Part shown: positions 1 through 4,509 of the stretch, piece after piece
Numbering within the stretch: the first letter of the stretch is position 1
Layout: each line of letters begins with the position of its first letter
From: a virus
Taxonomy: Duplodnaviria > Heunggongvirae > Uroviricota > Caudoviricetes
Strand: one strand, 5' to 3'
DNA: 4,509 nucleotides
IMG/VR virus record: IMGVR_UViG_2734482572_000009
Notes under the pieces: model-generated
Told to the model about the DNA's origin: nothing
What the model saw: only the letters and a program-made list of their open reading frames with translations
The model's database searches: none
Translations under genes and position numbers: made by a program

Positions 1-60
1 CTCTCGTCTGGGGAATATCTCCCCGGCAGCCTTCAGGGAAAAATATCATCAGATGGCTGC

Positions 61-414
61 TTAAAAAAAGAACAAATGGTAGTGTCCGCTATTGCCAGTA
101 CACCTCAATTGCTCTGCGGCTTCGCTCAGAGCTGGCGTATGTTCCCGGCCTACTGATTCACACAGGTAATCAACGAAACCGGACACCAGTTTTCGTTCGC
201 GAGGCGTGATCGCCCCACCGACCGGAGTCCAGTAATCGAAACCCAGTTGCAGGAGTTTGAAAAAACGCTTGTGGAATGCGTAGTTACACACACGCTTAAA
301 GTCTGCGTGTATCCACTCACCTATTTTGATTTGATGCAGAAAATCGCAACTCTCCGGCGTCGCCGGGAGAAGTAATCCGGAAGAGGTTTGTTTGACCAGT
401 TGTATATGTGCCAT
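61..414 (-). CDS. hypothetical small prophage protein, about 117 aa from the ATG at 412-414; the ORF track extends it to a TTG at 454-456 (131 aa)
   Basis: Open frame ending at TAA 61-63. The ATG at 412-414 is preceded by GGAG about 7 nt upstream; the TTG at 456 overlaps the upstream stop (TTGA) but has no well-spaced SD. Protein is Cys/His/aromatic rich; no family recognised. Co-directional with and directly downstream of the 453..740 ORF. Confidence 0.5.
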   Translation of the reverse strand: MAHIQLVKQTSSGLLLPATPESCDFLHQIKIGEWIHADFKRVCNYAFHKRFFKLLQLGFDYWTPVGGAITPRERKLVSGFVDYLCESVGREHTPALSEAAEQLRCTGNSGHYHLFFF

Positions 415-452
415 CGGCTTTCTCCGGTGGCACGGTGTTACACAGCAGGAGT

Positions 453-740
453 TCAATCCTGCTCAAGATTGTAGATGAGTTTATTCTTCAGCAAAAGCAG
501 AAAACCAGCCTTAAAACCAATCTCTTTCAAAACCCGTAATGATGTGACAAATTCGTCCTCACGCAAAATAAAACCGTCCGTCAGAAGTCCATTACAAAAA
601 TAAAATAACACAGCACCGCTCTTCCTTTGTTGAGATTGCAAACATCTAATGCGGCAATGGCTGACAATCGCTCCATTCTCAACGCGCACAGCATAGAGGC
701 CATTTTCACTAAAAATTTCACGCAATTCTTCGATTTTCAT
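453..740 (-). CDS. hypothetical prophage protein, 95 aa
   Basis: ATG at 738-740 preceded by GGAAGGA about 8 nt upstream; stop TGA 453-455. Sits about 75 nt downstream of a sigma70-like promoter (822..849). No family recognised. Confidence 0.5.
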   Translation of the reverse strand: MKIEELREIFSENGLYAVRVENGAIVSHCRIRCLQSQQRKSGAVLFYFCNGLLTDGFILREDEFVTSLRVLKEIGFKAGFLLLLKNKLIYNLEQD

Positions 741-821
741 CTTCAGAATCCTTCCAGATAAATAGCTCTCCCCTGTTCGGGGTCCATCCCTCTTCTCCCT
801 GCGCGCTACTTAAGTGAGTCG

Positions 822-849
822 ATTCTATCTGCGAAGGTGCGCGAATCAA
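822..849 (-). promoter_or_regulatory. putative sigma70 promoter for the 453..740 / 61..414 cassette
   Basis: Minus-strand reading TTGATT (849-844), 16-nt spacer, TAGAAT (827-822). Lies just downstream of the hok terminator-like hairpin and about 75 nt upstream of the 740 start. Confidence 0.35.
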
Positions 850-865
850 ATTCACCGGAAATAAA

Positions 866-914
866 CAACAAAAAACCCGCCGAAACGCTGAGAGATCACA
901 GCGATGGGCGGGTT
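866..914 (-). terminator. putative intrinsic terminator at the 3' end of the hok transcript
   Basis: Minus-strand RNA: AACCCGCC, interrupted loop containing an inner CGCUG/CAGCG helix, GGCGGGUU, then UUUUUUGUUGUUU. GC-rich interrupted hairpin followed by a U-tract, about 80 nt past the hok stop. Confidence 0.4.
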
Positions 915-953
915 AAGTGCGGGTGCGTTGAGGATGCCTGACACATCAGAGGT

Positions 954-981
954 GGGCGGGGATGGGATCAGCTCCCCGCCC
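954..981 (-). other. GC-rich perfect stem-loop immediately 3' of hok (mRNA structural element, not a canonical terminator)
   Basis: GGGCGGGGA (954-962) and TCCCCGCCC (973-981) form a 9-bp perfect inverted repeat with a 10-nt loop. No U-tract follows on either strand. Position matches the 3' hairpin of plasmid R1 hok mRNA. Confidence 0.35.
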
Positions 982-989
982 GGTCACTC

Positions 990-1145
990 TTACTTCCTGG
1001 ATTCGTAGTCTACGAAGACAGCGACCTCCGTCTGGCCGGTTCGGATTCGTACCTCACAGAGGTCTTTCCTCGTTACCAGTGCCGTCACTATGACGGTTAA
1101 ACAGATGACGATCAGGGCGATTAACATCGCCTTTTGCTGCTTCAT
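990..1145 (-). CDS. hok: Hok/Gef family type I toxin (HokD/RelF-like small membrane peptide, 51 aa)
   Basis: Translation MKQQKAMLIALIVICLTVIVTALVTRKDLCEVRIRTGQTEVAVFVDYESRK: hydrophobic transmembrane segment plus conserved RKDLCEV and TGQTEVA motifs typical of Hok/Gef. AAGGAG SD about 9 nt upstream of the ATG at 1143-1145. The ORF track's 990..1202 is the same frame extended to an upstream ATG. Confidence 0.9.
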   Translation of the reverse strand: MKQQKAMLIALIVICLTVIVTALVTRKDLCEVRIRTGQTEVAVFVDYESRK

Positions 1146-1158
1146 AGCCTGCTTCTCC

Positions 1159-1187
1159 TTGCCTTTCGGCATGTAAGAGGCTAACCT
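1159..1187 (+). promoter_or_regulatory. putative sok promoter (antisense to hok leader)
   Basis: Plus-strand TTGCCT (1159-1164), 17-nt spacer ending GTAAGAGGC, TAACCT (1182-1187). Same architecture and position as the R1 sok promoter as I recall it (TTGCGC-N17-TATCCT). The -10 is weak as written. Confidence 0.3.
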
Positions 1188-1193
1188 ACATGT

Positions 1194-1266
1194 GCAAAGC
1201 ATGAAATTGGCCTCAGATTAATGTTAAGCGTCTTGCCGGACGCGTAATGTTAACTGGGGCTTTTCT
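1194..1266 (+). ncRNA. sok: putative Sok-like antisense RNA
   Basis: Antisense to the hok leader, covering the upstream in-frame ATG (1200-1202) and its GAGG SD. Ends in GGGGCTTTTCTCT, resembling the R1 Sok 3' end. Boundaries inferred, not measured. Confidence 0.35.
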
Positions 1267-1321
1267 CTATCTGCCTTTTGGTGTTCATGCCTGAAGCAGA
1301 TAGCCTCAAGCACCCGCAGTC

Positions 1322-1351
1322 ATTCTACTTACCTCGCCAATATGAAATCAA
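1322..1351 (-). promoter_or_regulatory. putative hok promoter
   Basis: Minus-strand TTGATT (1351-1346), 18-nt spacer, TAGAAT (1327-1322). Predicted TSS near 1315 gives a 5' end GGGUGCUUGAGGCUAUCUGC, close to the R1 hok mRNA 5' end (GGCGCUUGAGGCUUUCUGCC). Confidence 0.4.
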
Positions 1352-1372
1352 TCAGAAAGGTGCCCCATAAAA

Positions 1373-2059
1373 TCACTCCTTCTCTTCTTTACCGTAGTGG
1401 AGTTGACCAATTTTGATAAGAGGGCGTCCCTGAGATTTGCGGTGTAGATTGGTATCGCGCAGAGAATACACACAGCCACAATATTCCTGCTGATAGAATT
1501 TTTCGCGCTTGCTGATTTCAATCATACGGGACGAGCCGCCCTGCTTGCGCCAGTTATAATCCCAGTACACCATGCCCGGATAATGCGCGACGGCTCGCCG
1601 CCCACAGTCGTTAACCTGCTGCATATTTTTCCAGCGTGAAATGCCCAGTGAACTGCTGATCACACTGAAACCATTTTCAGCGGCGTACAGCGCTGTCCGC
1701 TCAAAACGCATGTCAAAACACATGGTGCAACGGATCCCTCGTTCGGGCTCCCATTCCATTCCTTTGGCTCGTTCAAACCAGTTGTCTGTGTCGTAATCAG
1801 CATCAATAAACGGCACGCCGTGTTGTTCAGCAAAGCGAATATTCTCATCCTTACGAATTAAATACTCTTTCTGAGGATGAATGTTCGGGTTGTAGAAAAA
1901 GATGGTGTAGTCGATTCCCGAGGCCTGAAGCGCCTCCATCACCTCACCGGAACATGGAGCACAGCAAGAGTGCAGTAGTAGTTTGTTTGCCCCGTTTGGG
2001 AGCTCCAATTTGGGCCGTTTGAAATCAGCAACTGTCATAAATATGTTTATTGGGGTCAT
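1373..2059 (-). CDS. queH: epoxyqueuosine reductase QueH homologue (DUF208 family), 228 aa
   Basis: Contains the motifs I associate with QueH: [11 protein letters not shown] near the N-terminus, [22 protein letters not shown], and C-terminal [15 protein letters not shown] at 2057-2059 with no obvious SD; alternative ATG at 2036-2038. The internal 1660..1848 ORF is an overlapping alternate-frame artefact. Confidence 0.8.
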   Translation of the reverse strand: MTPINIFMTVADFKRPKLELPNGANKLLLHSCCAPCSGEVMEALQASGIDYTIFFYNPNIHPQKEYLIRKDENIRFAEQHGVPFIDADYDTDNWFERAKGMEWEPERGIRCTMCFDMRFERTALYAAENGFSVISSSLGISRWKNMQQVNDCGRRAVAHYPGMVYWDYNWRKQGGSSRMIEISKREKFYQQEYCGCVYSLRDTNLHRKSQGRPLIKIGQLHYGKEEKE

Positions 2060-2206
2060 AAAAATATCAAAGAGTGTAGCATTAGAACGGGGCTATCGGA
2101 AACAGATGTGTGACTGCTCCCCGCCCTTTCGGGTGGTCTCCTGATGATTTGAGGGTGCAGAAATCCCTCCGGTTAAGGATTAAATTTTTAACAGTGCTAA
2201 ATTTAA

Positions 2207-2620
2207 TTATTCAGTTCTGGATTTTGTCGCCCTGCGTATCCGCGCTTTCGCGTTACGCTCAATCTGTATCAGCTTTTCTATATTTCTCCGCCTTTCCTGT
2301 TCCTCCTGGCGCAATAGCCTTACATCATCTGCCAGTCTGGTTTCTCTTTTTGCCACAGAGAGCATCCAGTCAAACGGCTCCACAACCGCACCGCAGATTT
2401 TACAGCGGACCTGACGCTCTTTTTCGTCAACCCGTACAGAGGCGTGATGGCAATATGGTCTTTCCGATGGCTCATAAAGAAAATTAACCTGATTACGAGG
2501 GTCATCCTCTTTTACCGGAAATAAAACGATATTGCTTAACTCATCTTCTGGTTTTATTTCCATGCTCCTCTCCTTTGATGCGAATGCCAGCGGTAATTGA
2601 AGCCTGATAGCTAATTTCAT
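2207..2620 (-). CDS. small Cys/His-containing hypothetical protein with putative zinc-ribbon-like motif (137 aa; more likely 118 aa from the ATG at 2561-2563)
   Basis: ATG at 2618-2620 abuts the upstream stop (TGAATG). The internal ATG at 2561-2563 has a strong SD (AAGGAGAGGAGC, 6-nt spacing). Motif YCHH..(14)..CKIC followed by a basic, coiled-coil-like Arg/Glu-rich tail. No family recognised. Confidence 0.6.
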   Translation of the reverse strand: MKLAIRLQLPLAFASKERSMEIKPEDELSNIVLFPVKEDDPRNQVNFLYEPSERPYCHHASVRVDEKERQVRCKICGAVVEPFDWMLSVAKRETRLADDVRLLRQEEQERRRNIEKLIQIERNAKARIRRATKSRTE

Positions 2621-3043
2621 TCACAGTATCGCCTCCTGAAAATTACCCTGATAGAAAGCCAGTACACGCTGCATAGCTTCGCTCTTCCGGCACTCGCGAC
2701 AGATTATATTCAGGCGCCTGTCGTAGCGGCGTATTTCTCCGTCAGGTAATGACCAGATAAGGTCCGGATCAACAACAACCGGTTTCCTCACCTTTACTCT
2801 CGAGAGTTTTTTGCGGGCGCTTTGCCAGTCCTTGCGAGCCTGTTCAGACGGGAATAAGCCGTAGCCAGAATTATATACATCACCACTTGCGACCAGTTCT
2901 ATGCATAAGCGACCGACAGACGCACGACTGATACCTGTTTCATCTGACAACTGCCGAATCGTGACCCGACCGTCCTGATGCACGAGTTCCACAATTCGCG
3001 TCTTCAGTTCTTCCCGCTGTTCGGGAGTAAAAGGTTTCGCCAT
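2621..3043 (-). CDS. winged-helix HTH protein, tentatively Ren-like (lambda ren position), 140 aa
   Basis: ATG at 3041-3043 with AGGAGG SD 4 nt upstream, 14 nt after the DnaC-like stop. N-terminal HTH-like segment (VTIRQLSDETGISRASVGRLCIEL). The C-terminal CRECRKSEAMQRVLAFY resembles what I recall of the lambda Ren C-terminus, and the gene sits directly after the P-equivalent gene as ren does in lambda. Confidence 0.65.
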   Translation of the reverse strand: MAKPFTPEQREELKTRIVELVHQDGRVTIRQLSDETGISRASVGRLCIELVASGDVYNSGYGLFPSEQARKDWQSARKKLSRVKVRKPVVVDPDLIWSLPDGEIRRYDRRLNIICRECRKSEAMQRVLAFYQGNFQEAIL

Positions 3044-3057
3044 AAATCCTCCTGAAA

Positions 3058-3740
3058 CTACTTAACAACCCTCGAATGGCTAACATTCGGACGCCAGCTC
3101 TCCCAGTTAAAATTCACCCAGCGCCCGNNNNNNNNNNNNNNNNNNNNNNNNNNNNNNNNNNNNNNNNNNNNNNNNNNNNNNNNNNNNNNNNNNNNNNNNN
3201 NNNNNNNNNNNNNNNNNNNNNNNNNNNNNNNNNNNNNNNNNNNNNNNNNNNNNNNNNNNNNNNNNNNNNNNNNNNNNNNNNNNNNNNNNNNNNNNNNNNN
3301 NNNNNNNNNNNNNNNNNNNNNNNNNNNNNNNNNNNNNNNNNNNNNNNNNNNNNNNNNNNNNNNNNNNNNNNNNNNNNGATAGCTGCCGCTAAGTGATTCT
3401 TCCCGGTACCAGGTTTTCCGCTGAACGCAAAATTTGTACACCCGGTCATCAGTTCATCGGCGATGGATTTCGCCTGGCTTAACGCGTATCGCTGGCCGTC
3501 GTTCTGCACCTGGTAATTCGCAAACGAGCATTTACGGTGCAACGGCTGGATGCCTGAGCGATTCAGAATTTTTTCCACCCGCAACTGGCGATTCAGGCGG
3601 TTGATCTCCTCGCTACGTTTCTGGCCTTCAGCAAGTTGCCACTCGCGCCACTCCGCTACCGTTCTGAATGGGGCGGTTACATGTGGCGGGGTCAGTCGGC
3701 GGATGCGTTCCAGAACGCCGCCTGTCGCAATATTTTTCAT
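3058..3740 (-). CDS. DnaC-like replication protein / helicase loader (lambdoid prophage P-equivalent, YdaV-like), interrupted by assembly gap
   Basis: N-terminal 121 codons (3378-3740) align closely with E. coli DnaC through the Walker A motif FSGKPGTGKNHLAAAI. After the N-run, the C-terminal 22 codons (GRWVNFNWESWRPNVSHSRVVK, stop TAG 3058-3060) match the DnaC C-terminus (LWVIFNWDSY...). The frame differs across the gap, so the gap length is arbitrary. ATG at 3738-3740. Confidence 0.85.
3128..3377. other. assembly gap (250 N)
   Basis: Continuous run of N from 3128 to 3377 inside the DnaC-like gene. Confidence 0.97.
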
Positions 3741-3746
3741 GGTCCG

Positions 3747-4016
3747 TTACCCCCTGAAGCCTGGCGGGATCGCACTGTCCGGCAACGAGACGGTGTTAAC
3801 CTGTCGGAGCAACGTCTCAGGCCGAACACCTTTCGGCGCGAACAGGCCCTGGTATTCATTGGCGATGCTGTGTCGAATCACCTGCTCAGGTGTAAAACCC
3901 TGCTGACGGAATTTTTCCAGTTCCCGTATCGCCCCGTTAGCGCCCTGCTCCGTTCGAATCGGTTTTCGCAATGCCTGTCTGAACCGGACCCACTCATGCC
4001 AGAGTGTTTCCGGCAA
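3747..4016 (-). CDS. DnaT-like (primosomal protein I) C-terminal domain of a phage replication initiator; apparent frameshifted fragment, coding frame continues upstream to 4082 without a start codon
   Basis: C-terminus RQVNTVSLPDSAIPPGFRG closely matches the E. coli DnaT C-terminus ([20 protein letters not shown]); PDW.P motif also shared. The listed start is a TTG at 4014-4016, but the same frame stays open and protein-like (SPPRQKRASKKFEPEAIELPDW) up to a stop at 4083-4085 with no ATG/GTG/TTG. Stop TAA 3747-3749, 6 nt before the DnaC-like ATG. Confidence 0.7.
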   Translation of the reverse strand: MPETLWHEWVRFRQALRKPIRTEQGANGAIRELEKFRQQGFTPEQVIRHSIANEYQGLFAPKGVRPETLLRQVNTVSLPDSAIPPGFRG

Positions 4017-4094
4017 CCAATCGGGCAGCTCAATAGCCTCCGGCTCGAATTTTTTAGACGCTCGTTTTTGGCGAGGGGGAGATCAGTATTTAGA

Positions 4095-4115
4095 TCTTCC
4101 TCTTCCTCTTCCTCT
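4095..4115. repeat. tandem hexanucleotide repeat (TCTTCC)x3 plus TCT
   Basis: Plus strand 4095-4112 is TCTTCC three times. On the minus strand in the third frame it encodes EEEEEE(D), an acidic linker. Confidence 0.6.
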
Positions 4116-4185
4116 GGTAACGCTTTTTGATCCGTTTGTGTAACGCTGGCAGCGTTACCTTTTCGTTTCAGTTCGCGTATTTTTG

Positions 4186-4509
4186 TTACTCGCTCGTTTG
4201 TAACCGCCCGTTTTTTTTAGAGCTTTTTCCGTTATGACGTTCAAAGTTAGGTAGAGAAAGCCCTCCGTCATTTTCGACCAGCCATCCAACCTGAATTAAC
4301 GCATCAGCAAAACCAGACATAAAAGTGATGCGATCTATTGCACTTTTTGTAACGCCGCGAGCGTTACAATCTGCATTACCGTCTATCATTTGTTGATCCG
4401 CCCATGCCCAGAAGCGAATAACCTGAGGTAGCCTGAGTTTAACGGACACTCCTTCCTGAAATAGAATGGCATCAGAAGGAGCTAATAATGAGCAGAAAAA
4501 CCCAACGTT
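4186..4509 (-). CDS. N-terminal segment of the replication initiator (probably the same gene as 3747..4082 before frameshifting); 5' end beyond window
   Basis: Frame is open from the window edge (4509) to TAA at 4186-4188. The ORF track starts at GTG 4447-4449, but the adjacent GGAAGGA has no usable spacing, so the true start is probably outside the window. Ends ...NFERHNGKSSKKNGRLQTSE. No family recognised. Confidence 0.5.
   Translation of the reverse strand, partial: NVGFFCSLLAPSDAILFQEGVSVKLRLPQVIRFWAWADQQMIDGNADCNARGVTKSAIDRITFMSGFADALIQVGWLVENDGGLSLPNFERHNGKSSKKNGRLQTSE

Noticed and set aside
11-60. Inverted repeats downstream of the last ORF (GGGGA-ATATC-TCCCC at 11-25; GCAGCC...GGCTGC at 27-60)
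   Set aside because: Short stems, long loop, no U-tract on the minus strand; cannot be distinguished from chance.
1660-1848. 62-aa minus-strand ORF
   Set aside because: Lies entirely inside the QueH-like CDS in another frame; no SD; low-complexity translation.
2116-2141. CCGCCC-TTTC-GGGTGG hairpin as a terminator
   Set aside because: Has an A-C mismatch on the coding (minus) strand and no U-tract on either strand.
2110-2487. 125-aa plus-strand ORF
   Set aside because: Antisense to the better-supported minus-strand gene 2207..2620 and spans the upstream spacer; no SD; proline/leucine-rich translation typical of an antisense frame.
2320-2505. 61-aa minus-strand ORF
   Set aside because: Alternate frame inside the 2207..2620 CDS.
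3058-3441. 127-aa ORF and the plus-strand 3076..3396 ORF running through the N gap
   Set aside because: Both are artefacts of translating Ns as X. Only the last 22 codons of the minus ORF are real; they are the C-terminus of the DnaC-like gene.
3550-4130. Two plus-strand ORFs (3550..3906, 3636..4130)
   Set aside because: Antisense to the DnaC-like and DnaT-like coding regions, which have clear homology; Arg/Ser-rich translations with no SD.
4477-4509. Plus-strand AGGAG-N6-ATG (ATG at 4488) that looks like a gene start running off the window
   Set aside because: Only 7 codons are visible. It would be antisense to the minus-strand frame that is open to the window edge, and lambdoid early operons are co-directional. 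Probably coincidental, though a divergent regulator gene cannot be excluded without more sequence.
1-4509. CRISPR array, tRNA/rRNA, IS element or integrase
   Set aside because: No spaced direct repeats, no tRNA-like cloverleaf candidates, and no transposase or integrase-like ORFs were seen.

Overview
This 4.5 kb window reads as the leftward-transcribed (minus-strand) early region of an enterobacterial lambdoid prophage. All supported genes are on the minus strand. From high to low coordinates: (1) a replication-initiator gene whose C-terminal part resembles the ssDNA-binding domain of primosomal protein DnaT, apparently split by two +1 frameshifts at homopolymer tracts, with its 5' end beyond the window; (2) a DnaC-like helicase loader interrupted by a 250-N assembly gap; (3) a small winged-helix protein, tentatively Ren-like; (4) a small Cys/His zinc-ribbon-like protein of unknown function; (5) a QueH (DUF208) epoxyqueuosine reductase homologue; (6) a complete hok/sok-type type I toxin-antitoxin locus; (7) a two-gene cassette of unknown function with its own sigma70-like promoter. 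No rRNA, tRNA, CRISPR or transposase genes were seen. The most interesting points are the prophage-borne QueH homologue next to a hok/sok module, a mok-equivalent start that is in frame with hok, and the frameshifted replication gene. All translations and motif positions were worked out by hand, so coordinates of non-coding elements may be off by 1-2 nt. Family assignments rest on recalled sequences, not on database searches.
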